DNA of 64,000 nucleotides from a virus (taxonomy: Duplodnaviria > Caudoviricetes), in the IMG/VR virus record IMGVR_UViG_3300027374_000458, positions 1 to 64,000 of that record. The stretch is one strand, 5' to 3'. Numbering within the stretch: position 1 is the stretch's first letter; each line of letters begins with the position of its first letter. Made by a program: the position numbers and the translations under genes. This document shows, one piece after another, positions 53,696 through 63,424 of the stretch. Below the pieces are notes generated by a model. That model ran no database searches, was not told the origin of the DNA, and worked only from the letters and a program-made list of their open reading frames with translations.

Positions 53696-54129
53696 TTTAA
53701 TTCCCTCTCTCCAAAGTCCATGTTGGACAAAATCTCGCTGCCCTTTTCATAGAGAAGCTGCTGAAAACGTCTCCCGTTTCGCTTCCACCATGCGGTGGCC
53801 TGGCTTATGGAGATCGTTACGCCCTGCCCCGCTGCAGCTGCCACAGCATCTTCCGGCGCCCATCTGGTGACTGCAAACCATAAGGGTTCCTTGTTCTCCT
53901 CAGCCTCTATCTTTTTGTAGCTGTAAATGGTGGTGAGCCTGTCCAGACGTTCGCTGACAACACACTCCTGCATCAGCTTACGTCCGCTGTCCATCCGTAC
54001 CATGTACTCGGTACGCTGCTCCGGATGAAACAGCGTGATTTTTTCAACGCTGTCACCCAGGGTAAAAACCCGCATCTTCCAATCAAACTGTCTCATCAGG
54101 CTGCGGGCTTGTCTATATCCGATTGCCAT
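53692..54129 (-). CDS. Hypothetical protein
   Basis: RBS AAGGAGG. Confidence 0.65.
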   Translation of the reverse strand: MAIGYRQARSLMRQFDWKMRVFTLGDSVEKITLFHPEQRTEYMVRMDSGRKLMQECVVSERLDRLTTIYSYKKIEAEENKEPLWFAVTRWAPEDAVAAAAGQGVTISISQATAWWKRNGRRFQQLLYEKGSEILSNMDFGERELK

Positions 54130-54133
54130 ATTG

Positions 54134-54403
54134 TCATTCCTCCTTGTCACCGTCAAAACCGCAGACCATGCCCCACTCGTTCAAGGGGAGCGGAGGACTG
54201 CCGGCCATATCGCGCAGAGCCTCATCCATTCCACAGACATTACAGATGTGAACATCCGCTCTCCGGCTGAGAGAGTTCTCAACGAGCCTATCCCTCATGC
54301 GCGGATAACCACAGCGGGGACACGGAATGCCTGCCGCCAATCCTTTCTCTTGCATTCTGCCCAGCTCTTCCAATATTTGCTTGGCTTGTTCAATCGTTCG
54401 CAT
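54134..54403 (-). CDS. Small Zn-finger protein
   Basis: CPRCG...NSLSRRADVHICNVCG. Confidence 0.7.
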   Translation of the reverse strand: MRTIEQAKQILEELGRMQEKGLAAGIPCPRCGYPRMRDRLVENSLSRRADVHICNVCGMDEALRDMAGSPPLPLNEWGMVCGFDGDKEE

Positions 54404-54416
54404 ACGCTTATTCTCC

Positions 54417-54806
54417 TCACGCTTTCCGGGCCTTGTCAGCCCATTCATCCGCCTCATGGCGGGTATCGAAGTAGTCGTTGTACTCATCGAAAGTCTTGCC
54501 CTCGACCACCGTACTTTCGGGCTTTTCGGCTGCCTTCACGGTGTAGATGCTCACAGCTACTCTGCCGTCGTCGAAATATTTCTGACAGACCCGCCAGAAG
54601 GTTTTCTTCTCATCGCCCTCGCGGATCAGCAGATCTTGGATGAAATACTCACTGCCCTCACCGTCTTGGTAACGCATCTCCCGGATTTTCCTCGGACAGG
54701 GGCTCCGATTTTCAATGAACCGCTGGGCTGCCTCCAGGCTGCTATACGCTTCCGGGGAGACGTTACAGATCCCGTTGGCGCAAAATAACACCGCGTAAAC
54801 CCTCAT
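54417..54806 (-). CDS. Hypothetical protein
   Basis: ATGA overlap; operon position. Confidence 0.6.
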   Translation of the reverse strand: MRVYAVLFCANGICNVSPEAYSSLEAAQRFIENRSPCPRKIREMRYQDGEGSEYFIQDLLIREGDEKKTFWRVCQKYFDDGRVAVSIYTVKAAEKPESTVVEGKTFDEYNDYFDTRHEADEWADKARKA

Positions 54807-55012
54807 AACATATCCACCCTCATTTTGTGAAGTGCTCTGGATACATCGCACTCCTTCTTTTCATCTATGAAATAATACGCCGAAGAGCACATGAGGATAA
54901 AACGAGCGGTTTTAGCGGTGTGTGTTTTGCACAGGCGTTTGAAATCCGCCATTGTGTATAGCCGTTTATACGGCTGAATCCAGCCGTTTTCCTGGACATT
55001 CTTGAATGTCAT
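54803..55012 (-). CDS. Hypothetical protein
   Basis: RBS AAGGGAG. Confidence 0.55.
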   Translation of the reverse strand: MTFKNVQENGWIQPYKRLYTMADFKRLCKTHTAKTARFILMCSSAYYFIDEKKECDVSRALHKMRVDML

Positions 55013-55187
55013 TGGCATTTCTCCCTTCATTTTGTGGACGTTGTACCGTCATGCCGGGGATACAGAAATTTTCACCCTGCTCAAACCGCCCCTCTACGGC
55101 AATATGCCGCAGAGGGGCGCTCACCGTCAGGACGCTTTTGCGGAAGAGAATGTTCAAGCAACTGCCAGATACCCGGCAGCACACCCA

Positions 55188-55679
55188 TTATTCTTCTCCT
55201 TCCTGATAGTCGTAGTCGATGCACCCGTCACTGTCATTGATTCGGGGCTTGCGTTCATGTACCATGGCAAACCGACACTCGCCGCCGTGATTGAACTGGC
55301 AGGTACGGGATTCGCACTCAACACAAAGCTGCTTCAGATAGACCAGCTTAGCAAGGCCCTCTGTCCGATCAATTCCATCGGAGTACAGTAGATAGCCGAT
55401 GCCCTTGCTGTGACGCCGGTCGAACCAATGCCAGATTTCTTCTTTATCGGTTCCGCTCCCCCAGCCCATGAATGGTTCCAACAGGTGCTTACCGTCCGAG
55501 TCCACCGGGATATCCTCCAGCTGTGCCCAAAGTTCTTCCAGAGCCTCATCCCGGTCGCGCAGTGTCTCGATCTCCGTGAGTCCATCATGAATTGCCGAGT
55601 AGTCACCGAAGTCGATTCGGTTCTCTTGATGAAGTTTGTCAACACGGCTTATTGCCTCGGTTTTCAGATAGTTGCTCAT
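55188..55679 (-). CDS. Hypothetical protein
   Basis: RBS AAGGAGG; EEIWHWFD motif; C-terminal Cys cluster. Confidence 0.7.
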   Translation of the reverse strand: MSNYLKTEAISRVDKLHQENRIDFGDYSAIHDGLTEIETLRDRDEALEELWAQLEDIPVDSDGKHLLEPFMGWGSGTDKEEIWHWFDRRHSKGIGYLLYSDGIDRTEGLAKLVYLKQLCVECESRTCQFNHGGECRFAMVHERKPRINDSDGCIDYDYQEGEE

Positions 55680-55681
55680 GT

Positions 55682-56017
55682 CTATTCCTCCTTTATTTCA
55701 GCTTTGGCGGCCGCAATCTGATTGCGGATGCCATTGATCCAGTCAGCCATATCCTCCTGGGTCATGCAGGATACCCGTTCGTCCGGTGCGTTCGCGTTCA
55801 GATGCCGAATAGTGATGTGAAGTTCATCCTTCACATTGTAATCGCCATCAACACAGAACCAAAACCGCTTGCCCAATATGGCACTTTCCGCTACGATATT
55901 CATTTTGTGGAACCGATTCACACTTCCAGCCTGACAGAACTCATCAAAACCAGCCTCATGAATCGCTTTCCTGATTTTCAGGTACTTCCCGTTATAATCT
56001 GCATACGTTTCATTCAT
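55682..56017 (-). CDS. Hypothetical protein
   Basis: Operon position; start uncertain. Confidence 0.55.
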   Translation of the reverse strand: MNETYADYNGKYLKIRKAIHEAGFDEFCQAGSVNRFHKMNIVAESAILGKRFWFCVDGDYNVKDELHITIRHLNANAPDERVSCMTQEDMADWINGIRNQIAAAKAEIKEE

Positions 56018-56045
56018 TACATGTTCACATCCCATCGTGTTTTTG

Positions 56046-56930
56046 TCAAAAACCGTTCCATATCTGACGTCCGCGATACATAAACCACTCGGCGTCATTG
56101 CAATCCTCCGGGGTCAGATCTGCGATCCGTTTCCGGCTGCGGGAGATAAACAGGTCGGAGTCCATTGGGGGCTTTGGGGTCTTGTCCCGGAGCAGTTCAT
56201 CAACTGCAAGCAGCTGCGCATACTCTCCAGGCATACACTCCCTCAGATGTTGGAAAAAATAATTTCTGTGGAATGGACAGAACGTACAGGCCGAAGCCCT
56301 TGTTTCCAGTCCCCAGACATCCCGTATGTAGGCATAGTTGTCTGCCCGCACCAGTTTCATCTCAACCAAAGGGAAGCGATTGACGAACATCGGATTTGTA
56401 CTTTCCTTACATCGCTGCTTTTCCTCATAGCTGAACCCCATGTGCATTTCATGGGCTTTGCTGTCCTCCGGGCGGAGCCGTTGGCCCTTTTTGTAGCCGA
56501 GGACTTCCCAGCGCACATACTTTGAGATTGTCTCGATCTTATAATCAATCGTGCAATTTCTAGGCATTTTTGACTTGTGCCCATCATCTCGCAGCGTCCA
56601 CCAGGGAATGCTGATTGTCCGCCGTTCCCCAAAGTTCTCCATAAAATCCTGATAGAGCGGGGATTCAATGACCTTAAAAAAGATGTCGGCTTCTTTGCAG
56701 GCCTGATGGGTAAATTCCACCTGTTTCATCACCCAGGAGGGTTCCAACCCCAAATCGCAGAATACAACCAGATCATAAACAGGGACCCAGGGGTGTGGCG
56801 ATGGGAGACCGTGCTTCTTCGCTGCGGCGTTTTCGCAGGACATCAGGGCAAGCGTCGTGGACTGCATCCCCGCTCCAAACGACAGAATTTTCAGACCTCG
56901 ACGCCTCTGCGCGGTCAAAATTCCCTCCAT
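56046..56930 (-). CDS. PAPS-reductase-like PP-loop protein (DndC-like superfamily)
   Basis: LSFGAGMQS PP-loop, VFCDLG.EP, RNCT..YK, GFS.EE, FPL, SACTFCPFH. Confidence 0.75.
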   Translation of the reverse strand: MEGILTAQRRRGLKILSFGAGMQSTTLALMSCENAAAKKHGLPSPHPWVPVYDLVVFCDLGLEPSWVMKQVEFTHQACKEADIFFKVIESPLYQDFMENFGERRTISIPWWTLRDDGHKSKMPRNCTIDYKIETISKYVRWEVLGYKKGQRLRPEDSKAHEMHMGFSYEEKQRCKESTNPMFVNRFPLVEMKLVRADNYAYIRDVWGLETRASACTFCPFHRNYFFQHLRECMPGEYAQLLAVDELLRDKTPKPPMDSDLFISRSRKRIADLTPEDCNDAEWFMYRGRQIWNGF

Positions 56931-57697
56931 TCGGTTTCCTCACCGCCGTTCACTTCCTGCGCCATCATAAGGCGGGCTGCAGGCTGGGATAGTTGTACCA
57001 CCAGTGATCCGCCATAATACTGCTTTTCAGCCGCTTCCATCGCGGCGGAAATATCACCGGCGGTTACAGGGAACGCCTGAGATATGTGTTCCTCTATCGT
57101 CACAACATACTGCCGAAGTTCGTTTTCCGGCAGACTGCAAGGGCGGGTATCCGCCCCGTCCTGTTCTGACGCAGCCAGGTGAGAAGTCATACTGCGATTC
57201 TCCTGTGCAGCAGCACACTGCGTAACGGGGCAGGCCTGCATCGTATGTTCCATATCGCGCAAAGCAGACAGCAGGCCATCCGTATAAGCCCTGCACTCCT
57301 TTTGGAGTGTGCGGACGTCCTCTGCGCTTAAAAGCTCAGCGCCGCGAAGTTGATACCGGGCGCCTCCATGCTCAAACACACAGTTATACGGAAGAAACAG
57401 GAATCCCTCTTGAATGGGAACGATTATGCCGCCGCCCTGCATAGAGTCAGAAAAGGGATATTTCCAGATCAGCTGATTGCCAAACCGCTCTGCATAGGCA
57501 TCACGCACCTTGTCCAGGGTTGAATCCAAGCCTCCGTATGTGTCCAGTAGCTTTACAAGCGCATCCTTACTGTACAGATTACTTCTGTTGATTGTAAAAC
57601 CCATGTAGTGGAGTGTGGAATCCGTATTGCCAGAGGGTGTAGTCAACTCCATAGCGTCTACACTGTCCGGTATCTGTCTATTCTTGATCTCACCCAT
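56915..57697 (-). CDS. Hypothetical protein with a DpnD/PcfM-like C-terminus
   Basis: YVVTIEEHISQAFPVTAGDISAAMEAAEKQY; RBS AAGGAG. Confidence 0.6.
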   Translation of the reverse strand: MGEIKNRQIPDSVDAMELTTPSGNTDSTLHYMGFTINRSNLYSKDALVKLLDTYGGLDSTLDKVRDAYAERFGNQLIWKYPFSDSMQGGGIIVPIQEGFLFLPYNCVFEHGGARYQLRGAELLSAEDVRTLQKECRAYTDGLLSALRDMEHTMQACPVTQCAAAQENRSMTSHLAASEQDGADTRPCSLPENELRQYVVTIEEHISQAFPVTAGDISAAMEAAEKQYYGGSLVVQLSQPAARLMMAQEVNGGEETEWREF

Positions 57698-58451
57698 TTG
57701 CAGTCTCCTTATCACAAATGCACTGCCCTAAAAGTTCATCCTGATTGACCAGGATACCGGCCGTACCACAGCAAAGGAATTTGTCGGCATCAGAGCCGCT
57801 ACTGCAGTGAGTTACACCATAGGTGGAGAAAAACTCATCGGGGATCTCCGTCTCTACATCACCCCAGTTGAAATCCTCGCAGGTATCCTCATAGGCTCGT
57901 TTCCCGGCCTCGGTCTGGAGGAAATCGCAGATAACTTTCCGCAGGTAGGCTTCACAGGCTGCCTCACTTAGCTCCGGAAGCCGATCCTGTGCAATCAGAA
58001 AGGTAGAATAGTACAACTCGTTATTCGGCCCTTCTTGCCGCTGGCGAATGACCGTAACAGCATACATCGCTTTGCTTCCTGTAAACCAGACGCCATCGTC
58101 CGCAGCGTGGGATGCCTCCACAACGAAGGGCAACGTCAACGACACGAGCTTCCGGCCCAGAGATTGAGAAAGTTCCCAGACCGGGTATTCACCAAAATCA
58201 TTTACATCCCGCTCATAGTCATCAGCTTGGAGGGCCGTGAAGATGACCTCCAAGGCTTCACGGGATAAAGGTGTCTCCAGGAGCTTCAAGCTCCAGCTGT
58301 CGCAGTTGGTCTCTCCAACGGCCTGGGCCAGGGTGAACCGGCCGAAAAAGGCAGTCAAAAGGGCAGAACACATTTCACTTAATTGTGCCCAAGTGAAGAA
58401 GTGGGCCTGGCAGGGAGTTCCTGTCAGACTTGGCTTTGGGAACGTGAACAT
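57690..58451 (-). CDS. Hypothetical protein
   Basis: RBS AAGGAG. Confidence 0.65.
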   Translation of the reverse strand: MFTFPKPSLTGTPCQAHFFTWAQLSEMCSALLTAFFGRFTLAQAVGETNCDSWSLKLLETPLSREALEVIFTALQADDYERDVNDFGEYPVWELSQSLGRKLVSLTLPFVVEASHAADDGVWFTGSKAMYAVTVIRQRQEGPNNELYYSTFLIAQDRLPELSEAACEAYLRKVICDFLQTEAGKRAYEDTCEDFNWGDVETEIPDEFFSTYGVTHCSSGSDADKFLCCGTAGILVNQDELLGQCICDKETANG

Positions 58452-58500
58452 AAAATCTCTCCTTCTTGTTGTAATTCGCTTCACGCACCGGACATTTCGT

Positions 58501-59340
58501 TCAGCTTGCATAGAATACCCAGCGCAGTTTATCTCCCACCGGATACTGCTTTGTGTTCCGGGGCCTGGAGGGGGAATCCCACCCGGTTCCTGTACTTTTC
58601 ACAATGCCATCCGGTTGAAAGCCCACTGCCCGCAGGCTGCTTCCACTTTCTGCCGGCAGCGTGTAGGTAAGAAACCGGCGATAGCCCATCTCGCGCCCGA
58701 TACGGATCGCGCGGGCATAGAGGTTGCTGCATACATCGGCATAGCGCGGATCGGTGCAGCAGCGGTTGATTTCCAGCGTCTCGCCATCCATCTGATGCCG
58801 GGCCTTTGGTATGCTTGCTACAGCCACGCCTACGGGCTCCGGCTCCCCAGCCACCCGCAGGCAGATGGAGAATTTATGGAACTTCGGCCCGGCATTGTGC
58901 CGGTGGTGCCGGTCAATATAAGCACCGGCCTCGCTCAGTGTGATAGGTTCTGCCTCCAGCTTTGTAATCAGGCTGGAAGTGGAACCATCCACGCAGTACA
59001 GACGGCCATAGCCGTCCTCCGTATCCGCAATCACATAATTTCCGCATTTGTGCAGCACAGGTAAGGTCTGCTGGCGCCGCTTGTCTTTCAGGTGCATCTT
59101 CTGTGCCGGTATTTCTGATAAAATGTGTTCTACCGGCTCCGGCAACATCGGAAACGTCTGCAAGACCGGATTTTCCAACGCCTGCCCGGGATTGCCGCAG
59201 TGGAACGCACGCAGGTTATAGGGCATCCGCCATTGGAGACTATCCATCAGCCGATCAAAAGCGGCATCGTCCATCGGCGATGAAGCGCGGTAAGACCGGC
59301 CGTTCAGCTGCACAAGGAAAACGTGGTATGTGTCCCACAT
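58501..59340 (-). CDS. Unknown N-terminal domain fused to an XF1762/Mom-like GNAT domain
   Basis: ITLSEAGAYIDRHHRH...VGVAV..P.AR...LEINRCCT....CSNLY.......GY....TYTL..ESGSSLRAVGF. Confidence 0.75.
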   Translation of the reverse strand: MWDTYHVFLVQLNGRSYRASSPMDDAAFDRLMDSLQWRMPYNLRAFHCGNPGQALENPVLQTFPMLPEPVEHILSEIPAQKMHLKDKRRQQTLPVLHKCGNYVIADTEDGYGRLYCVDGSTSSLITKLEAEPITLSEAGAYIDRHHRHNAGPKFHKFSICLRVAGEPEPVGVAVASIPKARHQMDGETLEINRCCTDPRYADVCSNLYARAIRIGREMGYRRFLTYTLPAESGSSLRAVGFQPDGIVKSTGTGWDSPSRPRNTKQYPVGDKLRWVFYAS

Positions 59341-59636
59341 AGCTCACCCTCCTGTTCGCATCTGTAGAAATCCTCATCACAGGCAAAGCACTGATATTTG
59401 TACTGGGGAATCAGGCTCTTGAACAGCGGACTGCCACAGCGCAGGCAGGTGCCGCAGCTCTCCAGAAATAGCATGTGCCGCAGTTCCTCATCGACACAAC
59501 CAACATCCCGTAGTTCCTTTTCGGCCTGCTCCCTGTTGTCAAAGATTCTGACGCCACACTCGGCATCCAGAAGATACTCCATCGCACCGTTGATGGGAAT
59601 GTTGTTCACTGGCCGGCACACAACGACTTGCTTCAT
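59304..59636 (-). CDS. Small Zn-ribbon protein
   Basis: CLRCGSPLFKS...YQCFACDEDF; RBS GGAGG. Confidence 0.6.
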   Translation of the reverse strand: MKQVVVCRPVNNIPINGAMEYLLDAECGVRIFDNREQAEKELRDVGCVDEELRHMLFLESCGTCLRCGSPLFKSLIPQYKYQCFACDEDFYRCEQEGELCGTHTTFSLCS

Positions 59637-59781
59637 GAATACATACCTCCATTCGTCGTCTCAAAAATACAGTCCTGCATGTAATGCCCTCGATCTGACG
59701 GCTATCATACCTCCCTTATGGACGCGCAGAGGATGGAGACAATCTATCCCCATCCTCTGCCGATCAATCAACAACTCATGC

Positions 59782-60324
59782 TCACTCGGTACACGGACCG
59801 GCCTCTCCCTGGACTTCCCCGCGTCTGGAGGAGGGCAGCTCGCCCCACCGCACAGAAAAATAATGCGGGTTGTTCCGGATAATAAAGTGGTAGAGGTTGT
59901 CCCTGAACTCTCCCATCGCCAGCCGCAGCGGATTACTGCGCGTCGCACTCTCCGAAGTTTGATAAAGCCAAAAATCGAGGAGCTGGGCAAGCTGGTAATG
60001 CCATGGGCATACGGCATAACCATGCTCCCGGTACTTCGGGCCATGATGGACAACGTACCTGCTCCCGTCAATGGTGGGGGCCTCCTCGTCACCGGGTTCC
60101 TGCTGGTTCCTGTACCGGCTGTTGTAGGCCCTGACATTGAGCGCATAGAGCCGGCGGTAAATGTCCTCGGCGGAAAAAAGGCCGGCGCTTTGGCAGTCTT
60201 TCAGTTCACGGCGGAGACTGTCCGGGGCCTCAAATCCCCAAAAGTCAAAGTCGCAGTTGAGCTTGTCCTCGACAGCATTTGCCAATGCCGCCAGCGGCTC
60301 CAGATTCATCACCGTGCATGACAT
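59782..60324 (-). CDS. Hypothetical protein
   Basis: LYALNVRAYNSRY...LDFWLYQTSE. Confidence 0.65.
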   Translation of the reverse strand: MSCTVMNLEPLAALANAVEDKLNCDFDFWGFEAPDSLRRELKDCQSAGLFSAEDIYRRLYALNVRAYNSRYRNQQEPGDEEAPTIDGSRYVVHHGPKYREHGYAVCPWHYQLAQLLDFWLYQTSESATRSNPLRLAMGEFRDNLYHFIIRNNPHYFSVRWGELPSSRRGEVQGEAGPCTE

Positions 60325-60356
60325 AATAACTCGTATATCTCCTCTCAAACATAGAA

Positions 60357-61142
60357 TCAGATACCATAGGCTTCCCTTCGCGCGGCGGCAAAAGCCATTC
60401 GGTTCAGCCCGGTGGACTTTCCACAGACCACATACTCGCGATCCCGGTAGTCCGTAGGCTCTGTGTAGCCGTCCCGACGCATTTCTGCCTCATCCCTGTA
60501 AACCCGCTCGATCTGCACGCTGCAAAACCGGGGCGTATTCACATAATCGCCGGCATGGAGTTTCATAGCCAAGAGATCTTCGATCTTCTGACCGTGCTCC
60601 ATAGCGTGATGCCCCTCTGGCTTCAGTTCCTCCGCGCCTTGGTATAACTCCCGGCGGCGTTCCTCGGTAATGAAATTCATCTGCCGGGCCATGTCCACAG
60701 CGCCGATGTAGCTCCAGTACCATGCAGCATGAGCTTCCGGTGTCAGGGCCTCCTTGCGGATTTCCCACGCGGCTTCCTGACGTATGGACGCCAGCCGCTT
60801 CTCAACGCTGTTCTCCATGTCTCTCCAGTCATTCCCGCAGTTGGGGCAATAATCGAAGGGCGGAAGCATCCGTCCGCAGACCGGGCATTCACTCTCCGAC
60901 TCCAGCGGGTAGAGTTCGACAGAATCACCTGCTGGATTGTCCATGAACAGCCCATTGCCTCCAAGAGTACCTTCCGAGCAGTTCAGATGGATTACATAAT
61001 GACCGTTCCAGTTGCCACCGTCCTCATGCTGCAGAATATCCTCGATCTCCTCCAAGGACAGATGTCCACGCCGCTTTTGAATCACGACAATGGATTTATC
61101 ATGAAGATCTCTGTCCCACCTGATTGTTGTTCCTTTTTTCAT
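60357..61142 (-). CDS. Multidomain hypothetical protein with a double Zn ribbon
   Basis: CPVCG...YCPNCG; RBS AGGAGG. Confidence 0.7.
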   Translation of the reverse strand: MKKGTTIRWDRDLHDKSIVVIQKRRGHLSLEEIEDILQHEDGGNWNGHYVIHLNCSEGTLGGNGLFMDNPAGDSVELYPLESESECPVCGRMLPPFDYCPNCGNDWRDMENSVEKRLASIRQEAAWEIRKEALTPEAHAAWYWSYIGAVDMARQMNFITEERRRELYQGAEELKPEGHHAMEHGQKIEDLLAMKLHAGDYVNTPRFCSVQIERVYRDEAEMRRDGYTEPTDYRDREYVVCGKSTGLNRMAFAAARREAYGI

Positions 61143-61474
61143 ACTGCCTCCTGTTCCAAAGTGAATGTCACTCCGCCAACCTGCTCCTCGGCCAAACCGT
61201 CAGCAGAACACGGCCGGCAGGCATCGCACATCTCGTCTACGACATCGAGCAGACGCAGATGGTTCACATCTGCGTCATATGCGGCGCACTCATCACCAAA
61301 GAGATAATGCCGCAGCGTCAGCGTCACATCATCAGCCGTGATGTTTTCCCGCAGAAAATCCCTTACCTCCGAATTCTTTTTTGCCTCCTCTACCGAGGAG
61401 ACGAATCCGGGCAGCAATACTTTCAACTCGTCATCGTTTGCCTCCAGGCAGGCCCTTGTATAACGTATGCTCAT
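61139..61474 (-). CDS. Hypothetical protein
   Basis: RBS GGGAGG. Confidence 0.6.
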   Translation of the reverse strand: MSIRYTRACLEANDDELKVLLPGFVSSVEEAKKNSEVRDFLRENITADDVTLTLRHYLFGDECAAYDADVNHLRLLDVVDEMCDACRPCSADGLAEEQVGGVTFTLEQEAV

Positions 61475-61583
61475 ACAGTTTCCTCCCGGCCATCAGGCCA
61501 TTGTTATAATGTTTTACCCCGACTGTTCAGGCGGAGCATTCGGCTTCCGCACAGTCTGTCTGCAATCTTGGAATGGGGAAAGT

Positions 61584-61961
61584 TCACTTCTCTTCTGTAG
61601 TCAGACGGATGAAGTCCCCGGCATACTCCTCGATTCGCGTCGGATGAAGCCCATCATTGATGCAGGCCACCAGGATATCCTGCGGGCGGTTTGTCCAAAG
61701 CTTCAGGACTTCCCGCGCCCATTTCACGGCATACTCATTCAGCCTGTCCTGCCGCTCCAAAATCGTGACCGCTGTACAGACAGCCACAGGAATGCGGCCA
61801 AACTCTTTCAGTGCCGCACTGTATACGGTTTGTACCTGGGTAGTGGAGAGTGCCTTTTGCGCTGCTTTGACGCGCTTCAGGAATGCAAATTTCGCATCCC
61901 GACTCCCATCCCCGTTTGCCTGCTTTTTAATGTCATTGGCAAGTGTTCGGTCAAGTTTCAT
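61584..61961 (-). CDS. Hypothetical protein
   Basis: RBS AAAGGAG. Confidence 0.7.
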   Translation of the reverse strand: MKLDRTLANDIKKQANGDGSRDAKFAFLKRVKAAQKALSTTQVQTVYSAALKEFGRIPVAVCTAVTILERQDRLNEYAVKWAREVLKLWTNRPQDILVACINDGLHPTRIEEYAGDFIRLTTEEK

Positions 61962-62030
61962 GTTCTACTCCTTTGTCAAGTCTGGGAGGATATCTCAAAA
62001 TATGATCTCTCTCCCGATACTCCAGTAACC

Positions 62031-62882
62031 CTACTGCTCTATGCCCAGGGCCCGAAAAATTGCTTCCCGGTTTTGTCGGCACTCCTCTTGGGTGGCGCCG
62101 CCCTGGGTGATGGTAGCGCGGTCTAAATTCCAAATTTCCTCGGCACTGACCCGGCCGAAAGCGCACCCGTCCATTGTGGCGCAGTTGAAATTGATGTGGT
62201 CGAGCAAGTTGTCGATGATATTGCAGGACTTCATGCTGGCCCTGTTGAAATTCGAGTGCCGCAAAGTGCAGTCGTGGAAATGCGTGTGGGCCATCGAAGC
62301 TAAAACGAAGCTCGCACTGCATAAGACGGAGGAGTGAAATTCAGAATCCCAGATGGAGGAACAGAAAAAAGATGCTTCCCTGATCCTGCAAACAGCAAAG
62401 GTGCAATTCCGAAATTCAGAAAAGGAACAGTCCGTCCTGTCCGGCATACAGTAAATCGTCACATGATCAAAATAAGAGTTTCGGAAAAAGCAAGGAGGGA
62501 ACCCTTTCTCAACCGCGCGGTCAAAAGATTCTTGGTTGATGACCTTCCGCGGAGACCGCCCCATACGGGACAAGGAATCATACTCAATGTCCCGGCTCAT
62601 TCCACAGCTTTTCGTCAGAAGCTCTTTCTGATGCAAAAAATCTTGAACATCCTGCCGGAGTACGGCTATCTCTTTGGCATGGCCGTCACCACCCTTTTGC
62701 GCCAACTCGGCCAGCAGTTCCTCGGCGGACTTTTCCGAGCGGCCCTGCAGAATATCATTGATACCCTTTATGCTCCCGGCCCGGTCAATCGGCCGGAAAG
62801 CAGCAGGATCGAACAGTTCCAGACAGGATACAATGCTTTTGCTGATGTCCAGGCTGCTGCGAACAGCCTTGTAGCGATTCAT
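62031..62882 (-). CDS. Pentapeptide repeat protein
   Basis: Five-residue periodicity CSFSE FRNCT FAVCR IREAS FFCSS IWDSE FHSSV LCSAS FVLAS...; ATGA overlap. Confidence 0.8.
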   Translation of the reverse strand: MNRYKAVRSSLDISKSIVSCLELFDPAAFRPIDRAGSIKGINDILQGRSEKSAEELLAELAQKGGDGHAKEIAVLRQDVQDFLHQKELLTKSCGMSRDIEYDSLSRMGRSPRKVINQESFDRAVEKGFPPCFFRNSYFDHVTIYCMPDRTDCSFSEFRNCTFAVCRIREASFFCSSIWDSEFHSSVLCSASFVLASMAHTHFHDCTLRHSNFNRASMKSCNIIDNLLDHINFNCATMDGCAFGRVSAEEIWNLDRATITQGGATQEECRQNREAIFRALGIEQ

Positions 62883-63349
62883 GAAAGCACATCCTCCTCC
62901 AGAAGAATTTCCGCGACAGTGATGGAAGCCGCACTGTCCAGATTCACCTTCTCTGCCAGCTTTTTGATGACGCTGCCAGTGCCCTGGCTGCATTCCACAG
63001 ATACGATATAGCCGCGCTGTCCGCCGTTCACGTTCTGCACGATCACAGCGTAGCGGCTGGGTCGGTATTCATTCTCAAAATCCTCCCGCGTCAGACCTTC
63101 CACTACATCCTTGCCACAGGCAGGGCAGGCGGTGAAGGAATGTCCACAGATCACCTCATCGTGAAGCACATCTGCGGTGAAGGATTCTCCGCAGGCGCCG
63201 CATTGAATGATTTTGCCGTTGTTACATGCTTCGTCTGTGCAGCTGGTGCAGATACGAAGCTCTTTTCCCACGACGCCACGATTGATAAGCCTTGTGTCCC
63301 AGACGTCAAACGCCGCATGGCAATACGCACAAACATGCTCTTTTTCCAT
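62879..63349 (-). CDS. Multi-CxxC hypothetical protein
   Basis: CAYC, CTSC, CGAC, CPAC; RBS AAAGGAG. Confidence 0.7.
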   Translation of the reverse strand: MEKEHVCAYCHAAFDVWDTRLINRGVVGKELRICTSCTDEACNNGKIIQCGACGESFTADVLHDEVICGHSFTACPACGKDVVEGLTREDFENEYRPSRYAVIVQNVNGGQRGYIVSVECSQGTGSVIKKLAEKVNLDSAASITVAEILLEEDVLS

Positions 63350-63424
63350 GATGAACTCCTTTTTAATCAAGATAGCCCCTATTTTCATCGAACAAGCGTT
63401 AACAGGAGCCTCGCATAGTTAGAT

